Program-made: the position numbers and the translations under genes
Assembly (NCBI GenBank): GCA_024679065.1
Contig: JAGIQG010000008.1
Location: 86,552,001 to 86,616,000, forward strand
Reading direction: 5' to 3'
Source of the DNA: Sphyrna mokarran
Taxonomy: Eukaryota
DNA length: 64,000 bases
Notes under the pieces: model-generated
Databases searched by the model: none
What the model saw: only the letters and a program-made list of their open reading frames with translations
What the model was told of the DNA's origin: nothing
In this document: positions 25,976 through 38,203 of the stretch, in pieces
Position numbering within the stretch: position 1 is the first letter of the stretch
How the letters are laid out: the number at the start of each line of letters is the position of its first letter

Positions 25976-26031
25976 GACTGGATAGACCTTGTTATTGCTG
26001 TGTCCCCGCCAAAGGAATATGAAGATGAAGT
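25976..26031 (+). CDS. USH1C: USH1C coding exon (56 nt, phase 0/2), DWIDLVIAVSPPKEYEDE(V)
   Basis: ttacag| acceptor, |gtaagt donor; matches harmonin DWIDLVVAVCPPKEYDDEL. Confidence 0.97.
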
Positions 26032-27163
26032 GTAAGTTTAATTTACAGTGAGGCTTTGGTTGATTTCCAACTCTCTCTGACACATATGAATTAGCATTTC
26101 TGTATTAATCTTTAAAATATTTTCTTTTGAATGTCATTACTCCACCATTTTCTGTTCTTTAAAGAATAGGCTAATGACTTATCTCCAGGCTGCTGCTGAT
26201 ACTGCAGTGGAGGAATCCAGTAGAAGGTGACCTGCAGTCCAAGTTGGGGTGAGGACAGGGAGAGACAAGGCAGAGGTGCAACATGCTTATCACTTCACTG
26301 CCCTCTGAAGTGATTTAGCGAGCCTTTTAGAATATAGAACTGCTAACGATTTCAGAAGAACAAACAACCCAATGGTCTTTGAGCTGCTGGGGATGGCAAT
26401 AAATGCTAGCCTTGCCAGTAATTACCACATCCTGCAAATGGATTTTTTTTAAAACTGTTAATCTTTGATGAACACCAATTACGGAATTCATTGTGTGGAT
26501 AGGTTTCATAAGTAAATTTGTGAGTACACAAACATACAAGTTCCATGAACAGAACTTGCCTTGTTGGTCAGTTCAAGGCTTAGAAGCAAGTTGGCAATAA
26601 TACCTTGCATATCTATCACCTGAGCTTCAGAGAAAATGAAGTTTCTGGCAGAGGTTGTGTATCTTTTAAATATTCATGAATTTTAGCTACAAATTTGCAC
26701 ATATGTCAGGGTACATGAATAAGGCAGACTTTAGTTATCTCTTAATCAACAGTCAATGACAAAGCAACTGAATCCTATGATGTTCACTACAGATTTTAGA
26801 AGGCTGTTATATCATTACAGTTGAGGGTGGAGAGACTTACATTGCTACTTGTTGTGCACTGAGGAGATTTAACTGTCTTTGGACTAGGTGGTACAGCTTG
26901 GTTACAGCTGTCTCCTGAATCTGACCAACATTATCAGCTGATCCTCAATAATGTCCAGAGAGCTGATTCTAGGGATCAATTGTTCTTGAGATGATGCGTC
27001 CCCTATGCTTTCCAAGTCTCAAGTAGCTGCTGTTGCTGCTAAACTAACAAGACACTGGCAATTGGCACTTCATTCATCTGTGGAACTGGAAACTTGCACG
27101 TGCTATTCTAAGAGTGCTAGAGTATAGTAATGCAAAGATCACCACCATCAGCATCCTTGAAGA

Positions 27164-27364
27164 TGTACTCGAGAGACATTTTTAATTTGAACAAACAAAC
27201 TTTATTTACAAGGTTGTTTCATGAGATGCATGCTTCAGGGAAATAGTTCATGTACACTCATTTTAACTCAGAAGACTCCTCTTTTAGAGAGATTCTTTGC
27301 ACTAGGTGTTCAGACCACATGACCATTACTCGGTAAGGCTGATCTTAAAGTGACAATTGCCGCA
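27164..27364 (-). mobile_element. Candidate 3' LTR of the Gypsy relic
   Basis: On the minus strand polypurine tract aaaggggaggag (27376-27365) is followed directly by TG; AATAAA at 27206-27201; ends CA (27165-27164; this end is less certain). Confidence 0.7.
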
Positions 27365-29250
27365 CTCCTCCCCTTTAACTCCTTTTTACAATCCTTGCCT
27401 TCCAAATTACTTGATACAGGTGAATAGAAAACACTATCAAAATCTGAGAAATAATTACATCTGTACTTAGTCCTGAATTCTTGTTATACATTATATTCAT
27501 AGATTTAATAATTACAACTCAATTCTTTGAGGAAGTTTTCTGTTTCTGGTAGAGTAGCATAGTATAATAGTTTGAGATGCTTCCACAGAATCGATGTTAT
27601 CAGGAACTGTAATAGCGGGTATCTGTTTTGGCACAGGCAGTTGTTAACTACTTGATTCAACAGAGACCTCAGTTTTCTCTGTAACATGTCAGTCAGGTAT
27701 TTCAGTGTTTCAAAACATTTCTTGAAGGGAACGTTGATTGCTGAAGTGTCTTTACCCCTCGAGTGGTTCACATGTTTATGAACGATCCATCCCTCTATGT
27801 CTACCTGGCATGAAAGGGAGCCATTTCTGGGGTTCAACTTGATCTACTATCAAAGTTTTTCACATTTACGACTTCATTTTCCATGGTCCACTATATATGA
27901 ATCATTAACCAAAAGAGAAAATGCTAGAAAATCTCAGCAGATTTGGCAGCATCTGTAAGGAGAGAAAAGAGCTGACATTTTGACTTCAGTTGACTCTTCG
28001 TCCAGCTTTGACGAAAGATCACTGCTTGTTTTCTCATTACCTTTGCTGGTCTCTACTCTCTCTGGCAAATATGGAAACATGAGACTCAGTCTTGTTCTGA
28101 GACGATGTTTCAATAGTAATTCTGCTGGTGGAATTCCCATTATTGCATGCAGAGTGTACAGAAGCTAGGAAGGAAGCATGTGACTTTGGTTTCCAAAATT
28201 CTTCCTGACAGTCTCTTTAGGCCAGACTTGAAAATTTGGACAGCTCCCTTGGCTAGCCCATTTGATGCTGGGTGGTAATGTACAAATCTATTGAGACAAA
28301 TGAAGTTTTGAAATTCAGCACTTGTGAACACGATTTCATTGTCTGAAACAATTATGTTGGGTAATCCATGAGTTGAAAAGCATTCACGCAACTTTTCAAT
28401 GGTAGCATGCAAAGTAGGTGACTTCACCTTAAAAAATTTATTCGATTTAGAGTTTGCATCGATCATGAGCAAAAATATTGTGCCCAGGATTGGACCAACA
28501 TAATTGCTATGGATCAGTGCTCATGGTCAGTTAGGCCATTCCCAAGGACACAGTAGGACTACAGTCAGCAACCTTTGTTGCAATTGGCAAATTTGACAGT
28601 GCTTCCACAGTCATAGCTGTGACTATGGAATAGCTTTTTGATATCTGTAGAAATGCCAGGCTGCCAAACATAACTCTTGGTGAGCATGTTCATCTTAGAG
28701 AAACCAGGATGAATGCTGTGTAATTCAGTAAGGAGCTCTCTCTACCTGATACAGGAACAATTACTCTTTCTCCACAAATCTGATGGCATTCTGACAACTC
28801 TATTTGTATTTATGGGTAAAGAATGGTTTCCTTGGAAAATGGCTCATTTACCCATCCTGTAAGTATTGTGTCTCCCACTTTGGATAGAAGCAGATTTTGA
28901 TTGATCCAATGCCTAACTTGTTTTGCACAGACTGGTAATGAAACTAAACAATGTAATGCCATGATGATCTTTTATCCGATAGGAGAACATGTTATACTTT
29001 CTTGCAAGGGTAGGTGACTGAAGGCATTTTCATTTGCTATGTGTACCCCAGATCAGCATTTGAAAATACATTCATAGGCAGATAGAATTAATCCCCATTG
29101 CTGAATTCATGCCAAAGCAATCGGCAAGATAGCCTTGTCCTTCTTCAAGAGGCCCAAAAGCAGTTTGTGGTCAGAAATTATGGTAAATAGTCTACCACGT
29201 AAGTGGTGGAATTTAGTTGTTCAAACCACGTGACCCTTATTTAGTAATGC
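27365..29250 (-). mobile_element. Degenerate Ty3/Gypsy pol (RNase H end and integrase)
   Basis: GRLFTIISDHKLLLG and RIQQWGLILSAYE (RNase H end); TIEKLRECFSTHGLPNIIVSDNE..FTSAEF and YHPASNGLAKGAVQIFK (integrase core); TG/MGIPPAELL; frameshifted. Confidence 0.9.
27908..28020 (-). mobile_element. Penelope-like terminal fragment nested in the Gypsy relic
   Basis: aaaagagaaaatgctagaaaatctcagcagatttggcagcatctgtaaggagagaaaagag is the reverse complement of the 41525-41625 copy. Confidence 0.65.
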
Positions 29251-29738
29251 TGATCTCAAAGTAACCATTGCCACACATACATAATTTTGATGCTACATGT
29301 GCACTTCATATCCAAAATAGCATCTGTACCATGTCCCCACACTTAAACTGCAGCCATGCTGTCATGAGTATCAGTTCTAGAAGCATGTACCAGAAGCAGA
29401 AAGATTGCAATTTCCATCGGCTTATAAATTGATTTGATTCTAGCAACATAACTTTCAGTTGCAACGTTCCAGCCTCTCTCAATCTTTCACACCTAAACAT
29501 GCATTCAGCAATAGAAAGGACCTACATCAGCATTGTTAAAAGGAATTACCTTTTAAGTTCATTGCTAATTGATTTTGATGGGCTGCTATTGAGTTAATCA
29601 AAGTATTGGCTGGTTTGTACCTGTCATTTAAAGTTGTGAAGTTCAAAGAGTGTTTGAGACATGTGGTGAAGATCTTGATTTTGACCTTAAGGGTTCTGTT
29701 CAGATTACTTGCTTCCATGTCTGAAGTGAAGTAGTACT

Positions 29739-30101
29739 GTGGCTGAAGACAGGAAAGCAGTAGTTCCCAAGGAGGGTTCCAAAAAAATCCAAGAAAATGC
29801 CCTGAAGGATGACAAAAGGAGGAGGAAATCTAGGAATGAGAGTTATGCATTTACATCAAAAAAAATGATGAAGCAGGTTCACTCCAACACTGGCATCATC
29901 TCCAATGTCATGAGCATCATGAACTCATTCACCAACAATATCATGAGCAAGGCTTTCTGCCTGGAAGATGACAACAAGCATAGTGCCACCAGCTTCTAGG
30001 AGATCCAGACTGTCATTTGCCCGCTGCTGCCCGGGGAATTGGCCAAGCATGTGGTGTCTGTGGGGGCAAATGCAGTGACCAAATACACCAGCTCCAAGTA
30101 A
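29739..30101 (+). pseudogene. H2B: Histone H2B pseudogene (intronless) in the last USH1C intron
   Basis: AEDRKAVVPKEGSKK...RRRKSRNESY...MKQVHSNTGIIS..MSIMNSF...[27 protein letters not shown]; GTG at the start position, TAG at 29997-29999, compensating frameshifts after ESY, ~4-codon deletion (FERI). Confidence 0.93.
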
Positions 30102-30253
30102 AGCTATGCCATTTGGTATAAAATGCGCCCAATTAAGTGTGTTGTACTTTCTGTCTTGCTTAGCCTGCAACATTACAGAGAGGGAGAAGGAGCTAGTTGC
30201 TCGTTATTGTTGCATAATATTGGCATTCAATATGCAAAGTAAGGAAATAAATT

Positions 30254-30464
30254 GGGTGAGATTTTCTGGTTCCTCCCACCAGTAGGATCTTCCAGTCCCA
30301 TTGAAGGTGGCCTCCCCCCCCCCGGCAACAGAATTTGTGAGGCATACAAAATGCCAAGGGCTTTGGCAGGACTAAAAGTTTCTATTAGTGGCCAGTGGAA
30401 TTTATCTCTAATACGGAAAGCACACTCCCAGTTGGGGGAGAGAGCAAGTTGGAAAATCCCATCC
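30254..30464. mobile_element. Short Harbinger-type MITE
   Basis: Imperfect TIRs gggtgagattttct / ggaaaatcccatcc. Confidence 0.5.
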
Positions 30465-30559
30465 ATAGTCTTTCTCTCCCAGAGAGACAGGCAGAACTTT
30501 GCCAGGGATATTAGGCTTCCTGATAGTGAAGAGTGCTATTTATTACATCTAAATTCATA

Positions 30560-30885
30560 GATGTACCACAACTGCAAAGCATCCACATTCTTAATATGCT
30601 CAATGCATCATACAGAGTAACACCAACTATCATGATGCCTTTATTCTATACAATTCTGCTATACCACCTGTGTTCCAGCTACTGCAGTAGATCAGAGGGT
30701 AGTTACTGAGCAATGTAAATTATCTGCTGACCAGCTGATTCATGATTCAGATGTGCAACCCCTCCACACATTGGCAACATACATAGAAAGAGAGCCATCC
30801 TCTCACTGTGTCAAGCAAGCCATTAAAGTGTTCAATCATGTTTCTGCTGCCTGGACTACCCTGCTGAAGCTCTACAATGGTGTAT
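30560..30885 (+). mobile_element. Fossil Harbinger transposase fragment (adjoining the CR1 insertion)
   Basis: gtcaagcaagccattaaagtgttc...gtttctgctgcctggac resembles IEQTIGVLKQRFRCLD; heavily decayed. Confidence 0.5.
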
Positions 30886-30891
30886 TGGTAC

Positions 30892-31731
30892 ATCATAGAA
30901 CATTACAGCGCAGAACAGGCCCTTTGGCCTTCAATGTTGCGTCGACCAATTAAGAAAAAGCAATGACCCTCTAACCCAAACCATTCCCTTTTCATCCATA
31001 AACCTATCTACTGACCTCTTAAACGCCCCCAAACTTGGTGCATCTACAACTGCAGCAGGCAGGGCATTCCTTACCCTTACCACCCTCTGGTGGTAAAGAA
31101 CCTACCTTTGACATCCGTCCTATAACTACCACCCCTTAATTTAAAGCTATGTCCCCTTGTGCTAGCTTTCTCCATCCTAGGAAAAAGGCTATCACTGTCC
31201 ACCCTATCTAAACCTCTAATCATCTTATATGTTTCAATAAGGTCTCCTCTTAGCCGCCTTCTTTCTAACGAAAACAACCTCAAATCCCTCAGCCTCTCCT
31301 CATAAGACCTGCCCTCCATACCAGGCAACATCCTGGTAAACCTCCTCTGTACCCTCTCCAATGCCTCCACATCTTTCTTGTAATGTGGGGACCAGAACTG
31401 TACACAATACTCCAAGTGCGGCCGCACTAGAGTTTTGTACAGTTGCAACATGACGTTGCGGCTCCGAAATTCAATCCCCCTACCAATAAAAGCTAAGACT
31501 CCGTATGCCTTCTTAACAACCTTATCGACTTGATTGCCAACTTTCAGGGGTCTATGCACATATACACCAAGATCCCTCTGTTCATCAACACTATTAAGAG
31601 TCCTACCATTAGCCCTATACTCTACACATTTGTTATTCCTGCCAAAGTGAATTACCTCACACTTTTCCGCATTGAACTCCATTTGCCACCTCTCAGCCCA
31701 GCTCTGCAACTTGTCCAAGTCTCTCTGCAGA
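30892..31731 (-). mobile_element. Young 5'-truncated CR1 LINE (ORF2 C-terminus, 3' UTR, tail)
   Basis: Uninterrupted LQRDLDKLQSWAERWQMEFNAEKCEV...LYKTLVRPHLEYCVQFWSP...LFSLERRRLRGDLIETYK...; CpGs retained; ttctatg tail on the minus strand. Confidence 0.96.
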
Positions 31732-33069
31732 TCTGCTAAATGGAGCACAGCCTCACATCGTGAGGATGCAGCCCTTGCCACTAGGTGTATGGAAGCAGCT
31801 GTGAAAGAAGTGGAGGAGAAAAGGAGGAGGCAGCCAACACACCCCCCATTTTACAGATGACCTGTCCATGATTGGCTTATCTGACTACAGTACCAATGAT
31901 TACGAGTAATCATTTTCCTCTTCAGCAACAGTCCAATTTCCAATTTCCCCTTCAGCAACAGTCACACCTCACAAACAACAACAGCATCCCTTTGGCAATA
32001 GTGCTGGAATAAAGGCCACTACAAAACAAACATTACAAGCCATCTTTATGAGTGAAACAATGCTCTGTTGCATACAAAAATCACGTAATCAATCTTATGC
32101 ATTTCTTGGTGCCTATTTCTACGTATCATCTTCTAAACTGTGCATCATATAAATATCTGGTTGTGAGTGAGATTGGAGAGTGTTTCATCATCATCTGTCA
32201 CCTTTTCCTCTCCATTTCATATTTCTACACCACCGCCTAGCCAAGTTGTGGTTCTTGTGTTTATGAAAGGAGATAGGCATAAAGAGTAGGGTTGCAATGA
32301 GAGAACAGGAAAAGCATGAGCTGGTTAGGTGTAAATTAAATGCGACTGTGGGAAAATTGGAATATGAGAGGAGGATTATATATGAGCATGCCATCATGTT
32401 TAATGCTGTCAGCTGCACTGCTGACCATAGTCTTATTGCTGGCTTCAGTGATGGCAAGCGTGGTCCCCTCAACTGAGTAGAGCACACGTAGCCATGTCAG
32501 TCTACCACTGGTTAGCCCCTGAGGCAAAGAATGAACAATGTGTGTCAGTAAGTCCGGTGCTATGTGCTTGATTATGAAGTGATATATCTTATCTTAATTG
32601 GATAGTTGGACATGTGTGTAATCTGTGCAACAGTGCTGAAGTTTGTGAAGTTGATGTGGAGTTCTGAATGTAATGCATCATTGAAGATTGGTAGCAGTTT
32701 TTGGGTGAATGATGGGGATGTGCTATAATGAACAGTGTATAAGGCTATTTATGCAGTTGATGGGATGTAGCATTTGAAGATACATTTACTGTCCTTTACC
32801 ACTCATGATTGAAATTCTTGCAACGCCCTTGAGGTTACACTGTTGCATGGCTACTTGGTCCACAGTGTTCTCAGAGTTTGGCTGGAGGGCCTCCAGGCCC
32901 TCTATAAGATAATGACGTGTCTCCCCTTCTCCTGCTGCATCAAGATCACCAATAATGTACTGGAAAACCTTCAAAGCCATGCTTACCACACCACAGGCCT
33001 TTCCTGTGCCTTCCTGAATCAAACTAACCTTTGGAATCACTTTCAGCAACAAGCTTCAAAGTATAAGCC

Positions 33070-33200
33070 TGTTTATTAGTGTTAATGAAAGTGGGCTTAC
33101 ATTAACACTACAATGCAGTTACTGTAAAAATCCCCTAGTCCCCACACTATGGTGCTTGTACAAGTACACTGAGGGAGAATTTAGCATGACCAATGTTACA
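33070..33200 (-). mobile_element. SINE tail fragment (alternative-tail V-SINE type)
   Basis: gggcttacattaacactacaatgcagttactgtaaaaatcccctagtc...gagggagaatttagcatgacc, matches 22890-23010. Confidence 0.75.
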
Positions 33201-33795
33201 ATGCACAGGCTAGCTTGAAATCATAGTCACTCAATAGCACATTTAGAGATGGCTTCATGCTGCAGTCATTTAAATGAACAATTGGTGTGAAGTTTATGCC
33301 ATCTACCTAAGAAGGAAAAGGATTGGGTTAATCATATATCATGATCACTGCATCTATTTTGCTGGAAAAGTTGGTTGGAGCTGCTCCAGGTAATTCATTT
33401 GCAGCAAAATATTTTATTCTCCAAAAGATATTCCTGAGTTTTACATTTGTTGACCTTATTGATATGTTTTTCTGATCCATTGATAACTCTGGAATTAATT
33501 TGAAGTTATGTTAGAAATTAATTCGCAACAAAACCAAAACAGGAGCCAAGCACATATTGAAAGTATCCATTTATAGTTGATTTGAAGGCAGGAAAATGAA
33601 GTCCCTAACCTGATTATGGTTTTAAATTGTTGTCAAAAAGTAGCATTGGATGTGACCCCCTGAAATAGATCAGCTGCTGATTACTGTAAGGCAGGGAATG
33701 GTAGATTGCACAGGGAGACATAGTAAAGGGGAAAGGAACCCTTTTTTTAAGTACATGAAAAATGTAATTCATTTAACACTCCTTTTTCTTTATAG

Positions 33796-33808
33796 GACAT
33801 TCTTTTAA
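33796..33808 (+). CDS. USH1C: USH1C terminal exon, coding part (V)TFF* = C-terminal PDZ-binding motif
   Basis: Pyrimidine tract ctcctttttctttatag| then G ACA TTC TTT TAA; phase 2 fits previous exon; harmonin-a ends LTFF. Confidence 0.93.
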
Positions 33809-36220
33809 CAATGAAGAAACACAAGAAACATCACAAAGACCAGTCCTCCCAGAATCAAATCATTCCCAACAAGGCCAATGTATGAAAATAACAATAAAGA
33901 AAGCAAACCAAATGAATTGATCTTAATGTAACAATGATAATGATGAAAGATGCGGCTATTGCTCCAAGTAGTAAATCAAAACTGAACATTTTTTTCTAAA
34001 GGAATTAATAACATTTATTTGAAGTTTATGATTTTTCATGTACTTGTGTCAAATTAGTTTTGATGTGAAATCAAATTGGAAAGGATAGACAAGAATAATT
34101 GGATATACATTTTCAAACAAATCTCTGATATAATGCACCAAGGAGTTTAAACCTTTATTGAACTAATATAAACAGATATGTATACTAAACCTCGTAAGGC
34201 TGTCAGAATAAGATTTGACTGTCATATCATAAAGCTGTTCTAGATTTGTATGTCTGATGTTGTTCCGCTGTAGCTAGACTTGCGTGATTAACTGGCTGAA
34301 TCGCTGCAGGGTTGGGTGAAGCAAAATGCACCATTTGCGCTATCTGCTTTTGTCTAATGTTGAAAGCCAATGCACCACATAAGAAAAGCAAAGTCTTGTC
34401 ATGGAATGAAACCTCACTTCAAATCTAGAACAGAAAAATTGCTGTTGTTCAATAAGAATAAGCTTTCATGATGTGAGAGCCTTTAAGAATGCTTTTCAAA
34501 CTGAATCAACAATTATGACAATATCCCAGTCCTACTGTTGAAAATGGTTCATTGACAAACTGAAAGCAGGAACTCAGAAACAGAAGACTCTTGTGAAAGG
34601 GTTCAAGTGGGACGCAATGTTTCTTCGGAAGGAACTCTTCAAAATGCAACTAATGAAACAACAACAAAACTTACCCTAACTTGTAAGTGAAAGAAAGGAT
34701 TTAATAAAGAAACATCATTCCAAATGTGGGGCCTCACCCTGGGCACTCAAAGCTTCCCACAATTTTACAGAGTTCCTTATTTCTAGTGAATGTGTTGGTC
34801 AGCTGACTGTTACATAACTCTGAGACGTTTTACTGGGTTAGCTGACCCATACATCTTGTTCCCATTGGTCACATTAATTCCAATACAAATTTGTCACTGG
34901 TTACATTCTAACAAGCAAGAGGTTCATGGTCACATCATCTACAACTTGCTTGTCATGCCAAATATCAGAATGAATGTGTGTTGGGAATTGAGAAACAACA
35001 CAAGATAGAAAGCTGACATCATCCTCAATGCACTTCACAATCAGTCCCCTAATGCAGAAAACCATATCTTCTTTAGCCATCAGGATTCACAGACATTCTT
35101 GTCCTCATGCCAACTCTACTCTATTCCCTCCTATTATGTGCGTCTTGCCCTTCAGTGGGGAGGACAGAGTGTCAATATCTGTGTTACACTGTGATTGGGT
35201 GATGAGCCTGCTATAACTGAAAGTATGCAGAGTTAGTGATGGGTGGGTGTGAGACTGGCAGCATTGACAGATAAAATAATTGGATTTTATGCACAAATCC
35301 TAAATGCCAAGGCATGCTGCTGGATGAATGATTGGGTGTAGCGCCTTAGGTAGCATAAGAGACTAGTGGCAGGTTGAAATGTCATGTGAAGATACACGCA
35401 CTGACATTTGACCACCAACAATAAAATCAGTAAATGTCTTGTGGAGTTGCAGCTGGAACTCAGATACACACTATGGGAGTTGGCTTTCTTCACCATCTGC
35501 TTCCACTTTCTTTGAGAGCTAAGCCTTAAGTGTCTTCTGCTCTACTCCCCCCCCCGCCCCCGCGCTTGCTGAACCTTACTACCTGCCTCCAACGTGCCAT
35601 CCCTCAACTAAGATCCTTCTGAGTGCTCTGGTGTTCAAATTGTTGAATCTCCAATGCAACAATCTTACTACATCTTTCCTTCAAGAGCGAGCCTCTTTAA
35701 GGTAAAGCAGGTTGCCCATGCCACAGAGTGTGTGACTATTCTGTCATGCCTCCTGCTATGAGCCAGGACTGCTGAAAATGTTCAGATGAGGAGACCAATT
35801 TTGGAGGCTTCAGAACTTGTGCAACAATCACTAAAATGCTGTGTATAGATGAATTTAGTGTCTGATCCACCTCCAATCTGCCCACTGCAAATTGTACATA
35901 CTGTGTCCAAAAATTGCTATGAATGAATTTGTGATGCACATTTGCAAATGATATGGCACCACATTGCAATGGAACATGATAAATCTTAACATATTATTTA
36001 TCAGTATTGGTCTGAAGTAATTTCAGTGAGTTTTGATAATTTACAGCTTTTATGTTTTGTACAAGTAATGAATGACATGCAAGTTAGGCTCACCAACAAT
36101 GTACATCAGTATAGAAGATAGTAATATATTTATTTAATTTTAGTGATAACTGCTGAATCACTTGCACAAACGAATTAAGTGAGTGCATTTTTAATAAAGT
36201 CTGTTGTTTAATAATTCTTA
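33809..36220 (+). other. USH1C: Probable USH1C 3' UTR (end estimated)
   Basis: Follows the stop codon; largely free of recognisable TEs; AATAAA at 33893, 34703 and 36193, the last followed by GT/T-rich sequence. Confidence 0.55.
36193..36198 (+). terminator. Candidate distal polyadenylation signal
   Basis: AATAAA followed by gtctgttgtttaataattctt and further T-rich tracts. Confidence 0.5.
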
Positions 36221-36828
36221 GATTAAAAGGAAAGTTTCTGAATGCACCAATAACAAATAGATATATTTACTTTTATTGTTCTTCATACTAAGTCAGTTGA
36301 TATTAAAGCTGCACTATTCCAAATTTTTGACCATGAGTGTTTTTCACATTAAACCTCTGACACTATAGAAGTTGAACTTCTTTATGCATGTGCTTGAATA
36401 CATAGTAACCTAGTGTTTCTAGTAACTAGTGGTTTTACCCACAAACCATTAAGAAAACATCACTATTCACAAGCTTTTAAGGTGACAGGAATAATTGCTG
36501 ATCAACTGTTCTCAATCAGAAGTGTAATGCTTGTTTTATTGTTGGGATTATTTACATTGGGTGTATGTGGTTCAGGCAATTGAACTCCAAGCTTTGTGGT
36601 CTTAAATCTTTGCCTTCTGGGATATTCACCAACTTCATGGACCATCTTTGACAAACGTTTTCACTTGGTGGGATTGTGATGCTGTGATACATTAGGTATC
36701 TCCAGTTAAGGAACTATCACTGATATAGTGCAATGGGCTGGGCAGCTTCAATCTATTCTGCAGTTTTAATATTTAGCAAGTTCACTAAATGTTTTGTTTG
36801 CTTAATTACTGGAAGTAGCCCCATATAT

Positions 36829-37115
36829 GGCAGCATAGTGGCACAGGGGTTAGCGCTGCTGCCTCATAGGGCCAGGGACTTGGGTTTGATCCTGGCTTGG
36901 GTCATTGTGTGGAATTTACACATTCTCTCTGTATCTGCATGGGTTTCCTCCTGGTGCTCTCCTCCCACATTCCAAAGATGTGCAGGTGAGTTGAATTGGC
37001 CATGTCAAATTTTCACTTAATGTATCCAAACAAGCTCTGGAGTATGAAGGGTTTTTCACAGTAATTTCATTGCAGTATGAATGTAAGCCTACATGTGACT
37101 AATGAATGAACTTTA
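36829..37115 (+). mobile_element. V-SINE-type SINE, alternative tail
   Basis: ggcagcatagtggcacaggggttagcgctgctgcctca head; tail ttcattgcagtatgaatgtaagcctacatgtgactaat. Confidence 0.85.
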
Positions 37116-37493
37116 TTCAGAGGGAAAGACTATTGAGTTAAATGTGAAAATTCTCAACTCTATCATGAAGCTATCTTCCTATATTTCTGTTCATCCAAAT
37201 AGACATGTGAAAATGATATCAGAACACGTAATTACAGTCTGCACTGGTCAAGAAGGAATAACTGATACACCAGCAGTCCCTTCACTGCAAAACATTGTTG
37301 TATTTTACTATGTAATCTCATCACAAATCTCGGAAACAATTTGAAAAATGATACTTTTGGCATTCAGTGAGTCAATAAATTGTTCCATGGCAGCTTTCCC
37401 AAGGCTATAGAATTTCAAAAGAATATATCGTATTCAGTAACATTAGTAGTAAAAGACATTAACGAGTGTATTAAATGATTACTTAAAAATCAT

Positions 37494-37770
37494 TGGCACA
37501 GTGGTTAACACTGCTGCCTGAGAGCACCAGGGACCAGAGTTCGATTCTATCCTTGGGTCACCATCTGTGCAGAGTCTGCATGTTCTCTCCATGTCTACAT
37601 GGGTTTCCTCCGGGTGCTCCGATTTCCTTCTACACCCCAAAGATGTGAATGTAAGGGTGACAGGGAAAAGACAGGAAAATAATACTAAGTCATAATGTTC
37701 ATTTGAAGAATCAGTACTGATGTGATGGACCAGATGGCCTTTTACGCTGTGACATTTCTATGATTCCTTA
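37494..37770 (+). mobile_element. HE1/V-SINE-type SINE
   Basis: tggcacagtggttaacactgctgcct...gttcgattct...gggtttcctccgggtgctcc; tail ttctatgattc. Confidence 0.8.
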
Positions 37771-38203
37771 GGACTGGTGAAAGATTTTACACGATGGGAT
37801 TCTTAACATATCAGTCTGATTAACCTTTACGCATCTTCTTCATCATGTTCCTGCTTTCTCCAGCTACTTCTTATGGTAACATGTTCCATCATTATTGTCA
37901 TCAAGTATGCTATAGGATTTCTTATTTCTGCTGAATGATATGCTCTAATACAAATTAAAGGAAACCACTAGTGAATTTCACTGTTGCATTGAGAATTAAT
38001 TCTTCCTTTTGATCTGCTGTTACAATACACAGCCTACTCCAATACCACTTCTGGCTGAAAAAAATATTGTTTCAAATAACTGGATAATTTCCAAGTAAAA
38101 ATAATATACATACTGTATCAGACAGTATTTATGAGCAATGCAACTTATTGGTCTTTGTTTTCATGGCTAATAAAGGAGTTTGAATGGTATAATTGAAGCT
38201 GAC

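Noticed and set aside
26189-26250. Candidate harmonin-b-type cassette exon after ctccag
   Set aside because: No similarity to the recalled mammalian exon, and nearby donors do not give the needed phase-0 end
27164-30101. H2B captured by the Gypsy element
   Set aside because: Opposite orientations and no second LTR found beyond the H2B; adjacency may be chance
31077-31781. 234-aa ORF as a host gene
   Set aside because: It is the truncated CR1 ORF2; the first ~16 residues come from unrelated flank
36829-36900. tRNA genes at SINE heads (also 5049, 20531, 37494, 54977, 61451)
   Set aside because: Box A/B-like motifs run straight into SINE bodies; no intact cloverleaf
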